Shown one piece after another: positions 34,404-45,675 of a stretch of DNA of 64,000 nt (position 1 is the first letter of the stretch; every line of letters begins with the position of its first letter). The notes beneath the pieces are model-generated. The model ran no database searches. It saw only the letters and a program-made list of their open reading frames with translations, and was not told the DNA's origin. The DNA lies in the NCBI RefSeq assembly GCF_053078305.1, contig NZ_CP166879.1. The stretch is one strand, 5' to 3'. Made by a program: the position numbers and the translations under genes.

Positions 34404-34600
34404 TCTACTCCGCAACACACTTCGATATACATCACAATTAAGGAAATCTACTTACAAGTTTGCATCACTGTAATGCGATCTGGTTCAAATAATTCACTTT
34501 CAAATGAATGCGTCAGTGGTGGCAAACGCATCAGGATCAAAGTGAACATCACGAAACTTCTTACAATGGCGCATCACCTTCGGCATAAAAGGAAAAGAAG

Positions 34601-36151
34601 ATGCCCACTTCTCATGAAAATGCACTGCAACAACGTTGCCAGCAAATTGTCACCAGCCCAGTGCTTAGCCCGGAGCAGAAGCGCCATTTTCTGGCACTGG
34701 AAGCAGAAAACAATCTGCCTTACCCACAGCTTCCTGCCGAAGCCCGCCGCGCGCTGGATGAAGGTGTAATCTGCGATATGTTTGAAGGTCATGCGCCGTA
34801 CAAACCGCGCTATGTCTTACCCGATTACGCCCGTTTTCTGGCGAACGGTTCCGAATGGCTGGAGCTGGAAGGCGCGAAAGATCTTGATGACGCACTCTCT
34901 CTGCTGACCATTCTTTACCACCACGTACCGTCGGTCACATCGATGCCGGTCTACCTGGGGCAACTGGATGCGTTGTTGCAACCGTATGTTAGAATTCTAA
35001 CACAAGACGAGATCGATGTTCGAATAAAACGTTTCTGGCGTTACCTCGACAGAACCCTGCCAGACGCCTTTATGCACGCCAATATCGGCCCGTCTGATTC
35101 GCCCATTACCCGCGCGATCTTACGTGCAGACGCAGAGTTGAAGCAGGTTTCACCGAACCTGACTTTTATCTACGATCCTGAAATCACCCCTGATGACCTG
35201 CTGCTGGAAGTGGCGAAGAACATCTGTGAATGTAGCAAACCGCACATCGCCAACGGTCCGGTGCATGATAAAATTTTCACAAAAGGGGGCTACGGGATTG
35301 TGAGCTGTTACAACTCACTGCCGCTGGCGGGTGGTGGCAGCACGCTGGTACGCCTTAACCTGAAAGCCATTGTCGAGCGCAGCGAATCGCTGGATGACTT
35401 CTTTACGCGCACTCTACCGCACTACTGCCAGCAGCAGATCGCCATCATCGATGCGCGGTGTGAATTCCTCTATCAACAATCACACTTCTTTGAGAATAGC
35501 TTCCTGGTGAAAGAAGGGCTGATTAACCCTGAACGTTTTGTGCCAATGTTTGGCATGTATGGGCTGGCGGAAGCGGTTAACTTGCTGTGTGAGAAAGAAG
35601 GGATTGCCGCGCGCTACGGTAAAGAAGCCGCCGCAAATGAAGTGGGTTATCGCATCAGCGCGCAACTGGCGGAGTTTGTCGCCAATACCCCCGTGAAATA
35701 TGGCTGGCAAAAACGCGCCATGTTACACGCACAGTCGGGGATCAGTTCCGATATCGGCACCACGCCGGGCGCGCGTTTGCCGTATGGCGATGAGCCAGAT
35801 CCGATCACCCATCTGCAAACTGTCGCCCCGCATCATGCTTATTATTATTCCGGCATCAGCGACATTCTGACGCTCGACGAAACCATCAAACGTAACCCGC
35901 AGGCACTGGTACAGCTTTGCCTCGGTGCCTTTAAAGCCGGAATGCGTGAATTTACCGCCAATGTCAGCGGTAACGATCTGGTTCGCGTTACCGGTTATAT
36001 GGTGCGTTTGTCGGATTTAGAAAAATATCGCGCCGAAGGTTCACGCACCAACACCACCTGGCTGGGCGAAGAAGCCGCACGCAACACTCGTATTCTGGAA
36101 CGCCAGCCGCGCGTGATAAGCCATGAACAGCAGATGCGCTTTAGTCAGTAA
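34601..36151 (+). CDS. yjjI: YjjI, predicted glycyl-radical enzyme-like protein (DUF3029)
   Basis: 516-aa ORF with a C-terminal RVTGY glycyl-radical-type motif; divergent from deoC; followed by an activase gene. Confidence 0.9.
   Translation: MPTSHENALQQRCQQIVTSPVLSPEQKRHFLALEAENNLPYPQLPAEARRALDEGVICDMFEGHAPYKPRYVLPDYARFLANGSEWLELEGAKDLDDALSLLTILYHHVPSVTSMPVYLGQLDALLQPYVRILTQDEIDVRIKRFWRYLDRTLPDAFMHANIGPSDSPITRAILRADAELKQVSPNLTFIYDPEITPDDLLLEVAKNICECSKPHIANGPVHDKIFTKGGYGIVSCYNSLPLAGGGSTLVRLNLKAIVERSESLDDFFTRTLPHYCQQQIAIIDARCEFLYQQSHFFENSFLVKEGLINPERFVPMFGMYGLAEAVNLLCEKEGIAARYGKEAAANEVGYRISAQLAEFVANTPVKYGWQKRAMLHAQSGISSDIGTTPGARLPYGDEPDPITHLQTVAPHHAYYYSGISDILTLDETIKRNPQALVQLCLGAFKAGMREFTANVSGNDLVRVTGYMVRLSDLEKYRAEGSRTNTTWLGEEAARNTRILERQPRVISHEQQMRFSQ
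34987..35002. promoter_or_regulatory. DeoR operator, distal (O1-like, at deoP1), lying inside the yjjI coding sequence
   Basis: Exact palindrome TGTTAGAATTCTAACA; centre is 599 bp from the centre of the 34388-34403 site. Confidence 0.75.
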
Positions 36152-36986
36152 GATTATCCCCTTCTCCTGCGTTGACGGGCCAGGCAGTCGTCTGGCTCTG
36201 TTTTTGCAGGGCTGCAATCTGCGCTGCAAAAACTGTCACAATCCGTGGACGATGGGACGTTGCAATGACTGTGGGGAGTGCGTGCCACAGTGTCCGCATC
36301 AGGCGTTGCAGATTGTTGACGGCAAAGTGGTGTGGAACGCTGTGGTCTGCGAGCAATGTGATACCTGCCTGAAGAGGTGTCCGCAACATGCCACGCCAAT
36401 GGCGCAATCCATGAGCGTGGATGAGGTGCTTAGCCATATCCGCAAAGCGGTGCTGTTTATTGAAGGGATAACGGTAAGCGGCGGCGAAGCCACGACCCAA
36501 CTGCCGTTTGTAGTGGCGCTGTTTACTGCCATCAAAAACGATCCGCAACTGTGCCATCTCACCTGCCTCGTGGACAGTAACGGTATGTTGAGCGAAACCG
36601 GCTGGGAAAAATTGCTCCCGGTGTGCGACGGCGCAATGCTCGATCTCAAAGCGTGGGGGAGCGAATGTCATCAACAATTAACCGGACGCGATAATCAGCA
36701 GATTAAGCGCAGCATCTGTTTGCTGGCAGAGCGCGGCAAGCTGGCGGAACTGCGTTTGCTGGTAATCCCTGGCCAGGTGGATTATTTGCAACACATCGAA
36801 GAACTGGCGGTGTTTATCAAGGGACTTGGCGATGTTCCGGTACGCCTGAACGCGTTTCATGCCCACGGCGTGTATGGCGAGGCGCAAAGCTGGGCGAGCG
36901 CCACGCCGGAAGACGTTGAGCCGTTGGCTGATGCGTTACGGGAGCGCGGGGTGAGCCGGTTAATATTTCCGGCGCTGTATTTGTGA
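36123..36986 (+). CDS. yjjW: YjjW, glycyl-radical enzyme activating protein (radical SAM)
   Basis: 287-aa ORF with CNLRCKNC radical-SAM cysteine triad and additional Cys clusters; overlaps the yjjI 3' end by 29 bp. Confidence 0.9.
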   Translation: MNSRCALVSKIIPFSCVDGPGSRLALFLQGCNLRCKNCHNPWTMGRCNDCGECVPQCPHQALQIVDGKVVWNAVVCEQCDTCLKRCPQHATPMAQSMSVDEVLSHIRKAVLFIEGITVSGGEATTQLPFVVALFTAIKNDPQLCHLTCLVDSNGMLSETGWEKLLPVCDGAMLDLKAWGSECHQQLTGRDNQQIKRSICLLAERGKLAELRLLVIPGQVDYLQHIEELAVFIKGLGDVPVRLNAFHAHGVYGEAQSWASATPEDVEPLADALRERGVSRLIFPALYL

Positions 36987-36989
36987 CAT

Positions 36990-37195
36990 GCCGGATACGG
37001 CCTACGGTTCGGCACAGACTTGTAGGCCTGATAAGACGCGTCAAGCGTCGCATCAGGCATTGTGCGCCAACTGCCGGATGCGGCGTGAACGCCTTATCCG
37101 GCCTACGGTTCGGCACAAACCTGTAGGCATGATAAGACGCGTTAAGCGTCGCATCAGGCATTATGCGCCGACTGCCGGATGCTGCCTACGAAGGG
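36990..37195. repeat. BIME/REP array (two near-identical ~100-bp units each containing paired REPs)
   Basis: GCCGGATACGGCCTACGGTTCGGCAC...TGTAGGCCTGATAAGACGCG...CGCATCAGGC repeated twice between yjjW and yjjV. Confidence 0.85.
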
Positions 37196-37199
37196 CAAA

Positions 37200-37982
37200 C
37201 TACCCACTAACGCTAAACACCGCATACGTATTATTAAGCAACACTTCGGCAATCTCATCTTCTGGTTCCGGGCGCAACTCGCAAAGCACGTCAAACACCC
37301 GCGCAGCCTGTTCCGGGCGGTTAGGCTGCCCCTGAAAGCCGTTGAGCGGCATATCCGGCGCGTCGGTTTCCAGCAACAACGATGCCAGCGGTAATTTTGC
37401 GATGACATCGCGGGTTTTACTGGCGCGTGGATAGGTGATAGTACCGCCTACGCCGATTTTGTAGCCCAGCTGTACAAACCGTTCAGCCTGTTGCTGGCTG
37501 CCAGAAAATCCGTGGACAACACCAGCACGCGGCAAATCGTGGCGTTTAAGATGCATCGCCAGTTTGTCGTGTGTGCGCCGTGAATGCAGGATCACCGGCA
37601 GATCGTAGCGTTTCGCCAGTTTCAGTTGTTCGTCGAGCAACCACTGCTGCCTCTCAAATTGCGGATCGTCGCCGAAGAGATCCAGACCGATCTCCCCCAC
37701 CGCCACCACCTTCGCCGGACGCCTTTCCAGCGCCTGCTGTAGCTGCTCAAGAGACACATCGCTATGTTTTTCCAACATACCAGGATGCAAGCCCAATGCG
37801 GCATACAGCGGCTGAAAATTTTCCGCTAACGCCTGCACGCGGGCAAAATTTGCCGCCTCGGTTGCCGGAACAATGATCTTGCCTACGCCCGCTTGTGCCG
37901 CGCGTTGCAGGCTAGCCTCTTCATCACCGCTAAACGGCGGAAAATCAAAATGGCAGTGGGTGTCGATAAAACGGCAAATCAA
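37200..37982 (-). CDS. yjjV: TatD-family metal-dependent DNase YjjV
   Basis: 260-aa ORF (MICRFIDTHCHFDFPPF...), TatD-type HxH motif; the start codon appears to be TTG. Confidence 0.9.
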   Translation of the reverse strand: MICRFIDTHCHFDFPPFSGDEEASLQRAAQAGVGKIIVPATEAANFARVQALAENFQPLYAALGLHPGMLEKHSDVSLEQLQQALERRPAKVVAVGEIGLDLFGDDPQFERQQWLLDEQLKLAKRYDLPVILHSRRTHDKLAMHLKRHDLPRAGVVHGFSGSQQQAERFVQLGYKIGVGGTITYPRASKTRDVIAKLPLASLLLETDAPDMPLNGFQGQPNRPEQAARVFDVLCELRPEPEDEIAEVLLNNTYAVFSVSG

Positions 37983-39052
37983 GCCAGATCCTCATTGTTA
38001 AATGTCGGGTCGTTCGCCTGCGGAGCGTCGCTCACTTCGGCAACCAGCGTATCGTTGGCGACTGGCGCAGGCGGAATAACGATCGATTCCGGCGTCACCA
38101 CCGGCACCAGATGGCGGGTAAGCGGCGCTTTTTCAGTTAATAGCTTACCAACCGTTGCCAGAAAATAACGACCGCATAAACGTCCAAGTTTATAGTCTTC
38201 ACGCAGCGCCGGAAGCCGACTGCCGAGCGCGATACTATGCAACGGCTTCGGCGGATAAATTTCGAATATCCGCAGCTTGCCCGGTGGTTTCTCAATAAAT
38301 TGCTGAATGTCACGATAGCTGGTTTCATGATGCTGTACCAGATTGACCAGCGGTTGCAGGCTACTGTCGCCCAGCCAGCGTTCCATGCGTTTAAACCACT
38401 GCGGCGTATAGTACATTTGCGACGGCACAGTGCGGATGACGACCAACGTTTTTGCTCCCTGCCTTGCCGCCTCTTTAACCGGAATCGCATCACTGATCCC
38501 ACCATCCAGGTAGTTAATGCCTTCCAGCGACACTCCGCTACGATAAAAACCAGGTATCGCACTGGAGGCGCGAATCACATCCAGCCAGTTTTGTTTGGTC
38601 GGTAAAAAGTAATTCGGCGCGTAGTCATCCTGACGACAGGCGCACATATAAAACGATTTGCCGCTGTCAAACAACCGCGCGGCGGTATCCATTTGCAACG
38701 GCATCTGGCTTGCGGTGGCCTCCACCAGCCAGTCGAGATCGATAAGATTTCCTCCACGGACAAAGCGCAATGGATCGAAAAATTCGCGTTTTGTGGTATA
38801 GCGCATGATGACTTTGCGCGCGTAACCGGGCTGATTGCAGATAAACGCCGAGAGGTTCTGCGCCCCGGCAGATGTGCCGAGATAAAGATCGAAAGGATTA
38901 AACTGCGCGCGCATAAACTCATCCAGCACGCCAGCCGTGAAAATTCCACGCTGCCCGCCGCCTTCGCACACCAGAGCTATTCGTCCAGGCTGGAACGGCC
39001 TTAGCGACAACGGCGCAATATTACCAAGCGTTACAGGTATTCGCTGCCCCAC
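37979..39052 (-). CDS. yjjU: Patatin-like phospholipase YjjU
   Basis: ORF 37979..39088; start placed at the in-frame GTG giving (M)GQRIPVTLGNIAPLSL...GGGQRG...GTSAG (patatin motifs); 357 aa. Confidence 0.9.
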   Translation of the reverse strand: MGQRIPVTLGNIAPLSLRPFQPGRIALVCEGGGQRGIFTAGVLDEFMRAQFNPFDLYLGTSAGAQNLSAFICNQPGYARKVIMRYTTKREFFDPLRFVRGGNLIDLDWLVEATASQMPLQMDTAARLFDSGKSFYMCACRQDDYAPNYFLPTKQNWLDVIRASSAIPGFYRSGVSLEGINYLDGGISDAIPVKEAARQGAKTLVVIRTVPSQMYYTPQWFKRMERWLGDSSLQPLVNLVQHHETSYRDIQQFIEKPPGKLRIFEIYPPKPLHSIALGSRLPALREDYKLGRLCGRYFLATVGKLLTEKAPLTRHLVPVVTPESIVIPPAPVANDTLVAEVSDAPQANDPTFNNEDLA

Positions 39053-39173
39053 CTCTGCCTTCCTGTTTTTGTTGTGAAAGAATGACAAAGTAACGCAATT
39101 TATTATTCGCTAAAACCGCAAAAGCCAGTCCGCTGGACTGGCTTTGGATAAAATTTTCTTAATGGTCTGAAAT

Positions 39174-39335
39174 CTAGGGTCGTTTTCGGCCCATGAACAA
39201 ACTCACCAGGAACAGAATAATCCCGACGACAAAGACAATTTTAGCTGCGCCTGCAGCGGTACCGGCCAGACCACCAAACCCAAGTGCGGCGGCGATTAAC
39301 GCGATAACCAGAAATATGATGCCCCAACGAAACAT
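39174..39335 (-). CDS. ytjA: Small membrane protein YtjA (53 aa)
   Basis: ORF 39174..39365; start placed at [53 protein letters not shown]. Confidence 0.8.
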
Positions 39336-39461
39336 AAGCGTCTCCTTTACCATAGTTAATGTCACCGCTTGATATGAGCGTGAAAATCACTCAATGCGAT
39401 ATTTTTAGTGTGGTGCACATCGCGCCTCCCGACAAAGTTCGGGAGGACGAATTACGACGAA

Positions 39462-40067
39462 TTACTTAGTTTTCAGATCATTTTTAACGCTTTTCACACC
39501 ATCTACCGCTTTGGCGATACTTTCAGCACGGTCACTTTGTGCCTGAGAATCGACGGTACCGGAGAGCTGAACCACGCCGTCGGTGGTTTCAACTTTCACA
39601 TGACGGGAAGGGACGATATCGTCCGCCAGCAGTTTGGCTTTGATTTCACTGGTGGTGGCGGTGTCACCCGCGTAGCCCTTCACCGAGCCTTCTTTAGCGT
39701 CGCGAACGTGCAGTTTGTCGCTGACAGAGGTCACCCCTTCAACGCCTTTCGCCACTTTCACTGCCTCTTCGGCCTGAGCCTGGCTTTCAACGAAACCGCT
39801 CAGGGTCACGACTTTTTGATCGGTTTTGACAGAGATATCGGTGCTCTTGATGTTGTCATGATCCACCAGCGCCGCCTTCACTTTCGCGGTGATGGCGCTG
39901 TCATCCATGAAATTACCGACTTTATTCATAGAGCTATCGACTTTTTGCCCTGCGCTTTCATTGGTAGTTTGTGCGTTGTTTTCCGCGTAGGCAGAGCCGG
40001 TCGCGACGGCAGAGGTCAACATTACAGCCAGCAGAGTTTTCGAAATCTTCAGTCTTGTCATAGTCAT
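39462..40067 (-). CDS. osmY: Osmotically inducible periplasmic protein OsmY (two BON domains)
   Basis: ORF 39462..40145; start placed at [28 protein letters not shown] (201 aa). Confidence 0.95.
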
Positions 40068-40459
40068 CGATTTATTCCTGTATGTTTGCTCGTAATTTGA
40101 GCCTGGCAACACGAGGTTGCATTGCTGAATAGGGAGAGACTTCACCCTCTACAGAAGTCAATGGTCGCCATCACAAAAGCGATGAGTGATGAATAACGAC
40201 CATTACAGCCTCTGAATCAGTTATTAATATCGGTAGAATGACAATCGACGGCTTTAGATACTGATATCTACGCATTGAACGGTATTTAACGCCGTCAGAA
40301 ATGTCATCACTTTGTTAAATATAGATCACAATTTTGAAACCGCTCGGGATATCAGCGAAAACATAAGCAAAAGTGAATGTTTTAAGAACATTCCGTAAGC
40401 GGCTAATAAGGAAGGGAAATTGACAGGGCGCAGCGGCTACCGCGCCCTGGAGGCAAGAA

Positions 40460-42049
40460 TTAATGCTCGCGGGTCTGGTGGAACTGAACGTCCGGATAAC
40501 GTTCCTGTGCCAGGCGCAGGTTGACCATGCTGGTAGCGATGTAAGCGAGGTTATCGCCGCCATCAAGCGCCAGTTGGCTTTCGTTCTTACGCTTGAACTC
40601 TTCGAATTTCTTCGCGTCTGCACATTCTACCCAGCGGGCAGTGGCAACGTTGACTGACTCATACACTGCTTCAACGTTGTATTCGCTCTTCAGGCGCGCT
40701 ACCACCACATCAAACTGCAGCACACCAACTGCACCAACGATCAGATCGTTGTTGGAGATTGGACGGAACACCTGCACCGCGCCCTCTTCGGAAAGCTGTA
40801 CCAGCCCTTTGAGCAGCTGTTTTTGCTTCAGCGGATCTTTCAGGCGGATACGACGGAACAGTTCTGGTGCGAAGTTCGGAATACCGGTGAACTTCATCAT
40901 CTCACCCTGGGTAAAGGTGTCGCCGATCTGAATGGTGCCGTGGTTGTGCAGGCCGAGGATATCGCCCGGATACGCTTCTTCAACGTGCGAACGGTCACCC
41001 GCCATAAAGGTCAGCGCGTCGGAGATCACCACATCTTTCGCAGTGCGCACCTGGCGCAGTTTCATGCCTTTTTCATATTTACCGGACACCACACGCATAA
41101 ACGCCACGCGGTCGCGGTGTTTCGGGTCCATGTTGGCCTGAATTTTAAATACGAAGCCGGTAAATTTATCTTCGCTCGCTTCTACGGTACGGGTATCGGT
41201 CTGACGCGGCATCGGCGCAGGCGCCCACTCCACCAGGCCATCCAGCATATGATCAACGCCGAAGTTACCCAGCGCAGTACCGAAGAATACCGGAGTGATT
41301 TCGCCCGCAAGGAACAGCTCTTTGTCGAACTCGTTAGACGCGCCTTTAACCAGTTCCAGTTCGTCACGCAGCTGCTGTGCCAGATCTTCACCAACCGCAG
41401 CATCGAGATCCGGGTTATTCAGCCCTTTAACAATGCGGACTTCCTGAATGGTGTGCCCTTTACCGCTCTGATAGAGATAGGTTTCATCTTTATAAAGATG
41501 GTAAACGCCTTTAAACAGCTTGCCGCAGCCAATCGGCCAGGTGATCGGCGCACAGCCGATTTTCAGCTCGTTCTCAACTTCATCGAGCAGCTCCATCGGG
41601 TCGCGGATATCACGGTCAAGTTTGTTCATAAAGGTGAGGATCGGCGTGTCGCGCAGACGGGTAACTTCCATCAGCTTGCGGGTACGATCTTCAACACCTT
41701 TTGCGGCGTCGATAACCATCAGGCAGCAGTCCACCGCCGTCAGGGTACGATAGGTATCTTCCGAGAAGTCTTCGTGCCCCGGGGTGTCGAGCAGGTTAAC
41801 CAGGCAATCGTGATACGGAAACTGCATCACAGACGTAGTAATGGAGATCCCACGCTGCTTTTCCATCTCCATCCAGTCCGACTTAGCGTGCTGGTTGGAA
41901 CCACGGCCTTTTACTGTACCGGCGGTCTGAATGGCCTGTCCGAACAGCAGCACCTTCTCGGTGATGGTAGTCTTACCGGCGTCCGGGTGAGAAATAATGG
42001 CAAAAGTGCGGCGCTTCGCCACCTCTTGCAAATAAGGAGACAACGTCAT
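40460..42049 (-). CDS. prfC: Peptide chain release factor 3 (RF3)
   Basis: ORF 40460..42076; start placed at [28 protein letters not shown] (GTPase P-loop); 529 aa. Confidence 0.96.
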
Positions 42050-42139
42050 AATTCTTTCTTCTTGAGTAAGCGGCATCGCGCCGCGCTTGTTGAAAACGAA
42101 AAATTGCGGCTATTTTACCCATCAACGGGGGGGAGGCAA

Positions 42140-42817
42140 TCAGTGTTTACACAGGAGCTGCTCCAGTTCGTGCAACGAAGAAACGGTCCAGGTGGGCGCG
42201 ATGCCTTCTGGTTGCTCGCGATGGTGTGCATTCAGCCAGCAGGTCGCAAGCCCGGCGTTGATGCCACCGAGAATATCGGACTCGGCAGTGTCGCCAACCA
42301 TCAGCACGCGTGAACGGTCAGGATTGCCCGCCTGTTCCAGCGCATAATCGAAAATTTTCTTATTTGGTTTGGCAACGCCAACTTCTTCGGAAATCACCAG
42401 CAAATCGAAGTAATCACGCAGGCCCGTGCGTTCCAGACGCACCTGTTGCAAGGCACTAAAGCCGTTGGTGATGATGCCGATTTTGGCGTTGCCACGAATG
42501 GCGTTAAGCAGAGAAACCGCGCCCGGCAGCGGCGTGCAGATTTCCGCCATCGCATTAATAAAGGCTTCGTTGAGTTTACCCGGCTCGACGTTCAGCCGTT
42601 CGGCCCAGCTCTCAAACCGCCCGTGCTGAAGCTGTAATGAAGTGATCGCGCCGTTTTGATAATCCACCCACAGTGGCTTGTTAACGGCCTGATAGTCCTG
42701 AAAATCTTCAGCGGTAAAGGTGACGCTGTAATCAAGAAACATCCGCTGCAGGCCGGTGAATGAGTCAAAGGTAAACAGCGTTTCATCGGCATCAAAGAAA
42801 ATCCAGTCCCACTTCAT
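42140..42817 (-). CDS. yjjG: Pyrimidine 5'-nucleotidase YjjG (HAD family)
   Basis: 225-aa ORF ([17 protein letters not shown]...) with HAD motif I. Confidence 0.93.
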
Positions 42818-42831
42818 TATTCCACCTTGTC

Positions 42832-43278
42832 TTACATACTGATTGGCAACGCCATGATGATGGCGTCTTCGCGACCGTCCGTGGTGGGGTAGTAATTGCG
42901 GCGAATCGTCGCCTCGTTAAAGCCTAAACTTTCGTACAGGGCAATGGCGGCAGCGTTTGAAGCACGGACTTCCAGCCATAGTGTCGCCACGCCGCGTTTT
43001 TCCAGTTCGTCGATCAGATGTTCCAGCAGCGCCCTTCCCAATCCCTGACGCTGATATTCAGGATCGACCGCAATATTGAACAATGTAGCTTCATCCAGCA
43101 CCACTTGCGTAATCGCAAACGCCGCCATTTTGCCGTTTTGCGTTAACTGAAAGTTGAGATAACGCTCGCCCTGGTTGCTGGCAAAGGTTTTTTCACTCCA
43201 CGGAAAGGCGTGGGCGCGTTGTTCAATGTGGTAAGCCGCTGGTAAATCAGTCGTTTCGAGGGAAGAAATCGTGTTCAT
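42832..43278 (-). CDS. rimI: Ribosomal protein S18 alanine N-acetyltransferase RimI
   Basis: 148-aa GNAT-family ORF; synteny holD-rimI-yjjG. Confidence 0.93.
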
Positions 43279-43660
43279 ATGTGCAAATTTGTTGCCATAA
43301 CGCGGCGCGTGCCGTTGGGTTTGCCCGTAATTCGGTGAGCGCCGGTGATGCCACCTGAGCGCCTTCCAGTGATAGCGGTTCGTCAGTACCCAACCGCCAG
43401 CTGTTGCAGCGACTGCCTTGCGGCAGCATCGCGATTTTTTCTGGCGTCAGTTGCAGCACTTGATCGGGGCTGACGGTTAATGCACGCAGAACATCGCTCA
43501 CTAAAGGATCAGTCAGGGCGGGAAGATCGTTTGCCACCATCACCAGACGGACGTGTGCCGGGATCGCAATGGCAATCTCCCCCTGCAACGCGCCAGGGCG
43601 ACGCAGCGACCACTGGGTAATGCCCAGTTGCTGTAACTGCCAGTCTCGTCGGGATGTCAT
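43247..43660 (-). CDS. holD: DNA polymerase III psi subunit
   Basis: 137-aa ORF (MTSRRDWQLQQLGITQWSLRRPGALQGEIAIAIP...); overlaps the rimI start. Confidence 0.93.
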   Translation of the reverse strand: MTSRRDWQLQQLGITQWSLRRPGALQGEIAIAIPAHVRLVMVANDLPALTDPLVSDVLRALTVSPDQVLQLTPEKIAMLPQGSRCNSWRLGTDEPLSLEGAQVASPALTELRANPTARAALWQQICTYEHDFFPRND

Positions 43661-43762
43661 AGCGAATCGCTCCTGTTGTCAGGGGCGCAAATATAGCAAA
43701 TTCGTCGATACCGCGCCAACATATGGCTATAATCGCCGCCAGTATCAATTGAGGAGCATTCC

Positions 43763-44794
43763 ATGTCTGCATTTACCCCGGCAAGTGAAGTCTTGCTGCG
43801 TCACAGTGATGATTTCGAACAAAGCCGTATTCTGTTTGCCGGAGACTTACAGGATGACCTGCCCGCGCGTTTAGATACCGCGACCAGCCGTGCTCATACC
43901 CAGCAATTCCATCACTGGCAGGTGTTAAGCCGCCAGATGGGTGATAACGCCCGTTTTAGTCTGGTCGCCACGGCGGATGACGTCGCAGATTGCGATACGC
44001 TGATTTACTACTGGCCGAAGAACAAACCGGAAGCCCAGTTCCAGTTGATGAATTTACTTTCTCTGCTGCCGGTGGGCACGGATATTTTTGTCGTTGGCGA
44101 GAACCGCAGCGGCGTGCGCAGCGCAGAGCAGATACTGGCAGATTATGCGCCGTTGAATAAAGTCGACAGCGCCCGTCGCTGTGGCCTCTATTTTGGTCGT
44201 CTGGAAAAGCAGCCGGTGTTTGATGCCGATAAATTCTGGGGCGAATACAGCGTCGATGGCCTGACGGTCAAAACGCTGCCGGGCGTGTTTAGCCGCGACG
44301 GTCTGGATGTCGGTAGCCAGTTGCTGCTCTCGACGTTAACTCCGCACACGAAAGGTAAAGTGCTGGATGTCGGCTGTGGCGCGGGTGTGCTTTCAGTTGC
44401 CTTTGCGCGCCATTCGCCGAAAATTCGTCTCACCTTGTGCGATGTCTCTGCCCCGGCGGTAGAAGCCAGCCGCGCAACACTTGCGGCCAACGGTGTTGAA
44501 GGTGAAGTCTTTGCCAGCAACGTCTTTTCCGAGGTGAAAGGTCGTTTTGATATGATCATCTCCAACCCGCCGTTCCACGATGGGATGCAAACCAGCCTGG
44601 ATGCGGCGCAAACGCTGATTCGCGGCGCGGTGCGTCATCTTAATAGCGGCGGCGAGCTGCGAATTGTAGCGAACGCCTTCCTGCCTTACCCGGACGTGCT
44701 GGATGAGACATTTGGCTTCCATGAAGTTATCGCGCAAACCGGGCGCTTCAAGGTGTATCGCGCCATTATGACCCGCCAGGCGAAGAAAGGTTAA
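43763..44794 (+). CDS. rsmC: 16S rRNA m2G1207 methyltransferase RsmC
   Basis: 343-aa ORF with SAM-binding motif ([11 protein letters not shown]) and NPPFH motif. Confidence 0.95.
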   Translation: MSAFTPASEVLLRHSDDFEQSRILFAGDLQDDLPARLDTATSRAHTQQFHHWQVLSRQMGDNARFSLVATADDVADCDTLIYYWPKNKPEAQFQLMNLLSLLPVGTDIFVVGENRSGVRSAEQILADYAPLNKVDSARRCGLYFGRLEKQPVFDADKFWGEYSVDGLTVKTLPGVFSRDGLDVGSQLLLSTLTPHTKGKVLDVGCGAGVLSVAFARHSPKIRLTLCDVSAPAVEASRATLAANGVEGEVFASNVFSEVKGRFDMIISNPPFHDGMQTSLDAAQTLIRGAVRHLNSGGELRIVANAFLPYPDVLDETFGFHEVIAQTGRFKVYRAIMTRQAKKG

Positions 44795-44804
44795 TTATCT
44801 CGCC

Positions 44805-44940
<136 letters not shown>

Positions 44941-44992
44941 GTTTCCTGATGGACATTTTTCCAGCAATTACACCTCCGGCGATAATTAACTA

Positions 44993-45020
44993 TTGACGAA
45001 AAGCTGAAAACCACTAGAAT
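44993..45020 (+). promoter_or_regulatory. Probable sigma70 promoter of the leuQPV tRNA operon
   Basis: TTGACG (-35) - 16 bp - TAGAAT (-10), followed by a GC-rich discriminator GCGCCTCC; about 40 bp upstream of the first tRNA. Confidence 0.6.
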
Positions 45021-45061
45021 GCGCCTCCGTGGTAGCAATTCTTTTTAAGAATTGATGGTAT

Positions 45062-45148
45062 GCGAAGGTGGCGGAATTGGTAGACGCGCTAGCTTCAGGT
45101 GTTAGTGTCCTTACGGACGTGGGGGTTCAAGTCCCCCCCCTCGCACCA
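45062..45148 (+). tRNA. leuQ: tRNA-Leu (anticodon CAG)
   Basis: 87-nt sequence GCGAAGGTGGCGGAATTGGTAGACGCGCTAGCTTCAGGTG...CTCGCACCA; anticodon loop CTTCAGGTG; long variable arm; encoded CCA. Confidence 0.95.
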
Positions 45149-45176
45149 AAAACCACGTTGATATTGCTCGCACTGG

Positions 45177-45263
45177 GCGAAGGTGGCGGAATTGGTAGAC
45201 GCGCTAGCTTCAGGTGTTAGTGTTCTTACGGACGTGGGGGTTCAAGTCCCCCCCCTCGCACCA
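45177..45263 (+). tRNA. leuP: tRNA-Leu (anticodon CAG), one-base variant in the variable arm
   Basis: Same 87-nt tRNA except TGTTCTT where the other copies have TGTCCTT. Confidence 0.95.
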
Positions 45264-45297
45264 AACGAGGCGATATCAAAAAAAGTAAGATGACTGT

Positions 45298-45384
45298 GCG
45301 AAGGTGGCGGAATTGGTAGACGCGCTAGCTTCAGGTGTTAGTGTCCTTACGGACGTGGGGGTTCAAGTCCCCCCCCTCGCACCA
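45298..45384 (+). tRNA. leuV: tRNA-Leu (anticodon CAG)
   Basis: Third tandem copy, identical to the first. Confidence 0.95.
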
Positions 45385-45422
45385 ATTATCTTTACTTCCT
45401 TTCTTGTTTCTTCCCTGTTTTA

Positions 45423-45659
45423 TCATCCCTGATTCAAATTCATTATCATCAGCATGATGCCAGCAATAAGCGCCAGGCACGATGGTAGCAAAACGTAATG
45501 CCGCAACTGTTTGTGATACAGCATCATCGGCGTCAATACTAATCCCATCAGAATGATAATCCGCCATTGATCCGGCGATAAATCCGCATACATCAGCCCT
45601 GCAATCAGCAATCCCGGTAGCAACACTCCCCAGCCACTGCCCAGCGTACGTTGCAACAT
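45423..45659 (-). CDS. yjjZ: Small inner membrane protein YjjZ (78 aa)
   Basis: ORF 45423..45770; start placed at MLQRTLGSGWGVLLPGLLIAGLMYADLSPDQWRIIILMGLV...; the upstream in-frame extension is judged non-coding. Confidence 0.7.
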   Translation of the reverse strand: MLQRTLGSGWGVLLPGLLIAGLMYADLSPDQWRIIILMGLVLTPMMLYHKQLRHYVLLPSCLALIAGIMLMIMNLNQG

Positions 45660-45675
45660 GGTTTCATCTCTTTCA

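Noticed and set aside
36990-37195. Possible CRISPR array, given the regularly spaced repeats
   Set aside because: The repeats are palindromic REP/BIME units with the characteristic GCCGGATGCGGCG core. Spacing is irregular and there are no cas genes.
39408-40100. 230-aa plus-strand ORF
   Set aside because: Antisense to osmY.
40823-42313. 496-aa plus-strand ORF
   Set aside because: It lies wholly antisense to prfC, whose product is unmistakable. Long shadow ORFs are expected opposite GC-rich, codon-biased genes.
44941-45420. Possible integrated mobile element at the tRNA-Leu cluster
   Set aside because: No integrase, no attachment-site duplication of a tRNA 3' end, and the flanks (rsmC, yjjZ/fhuF) are core genes.
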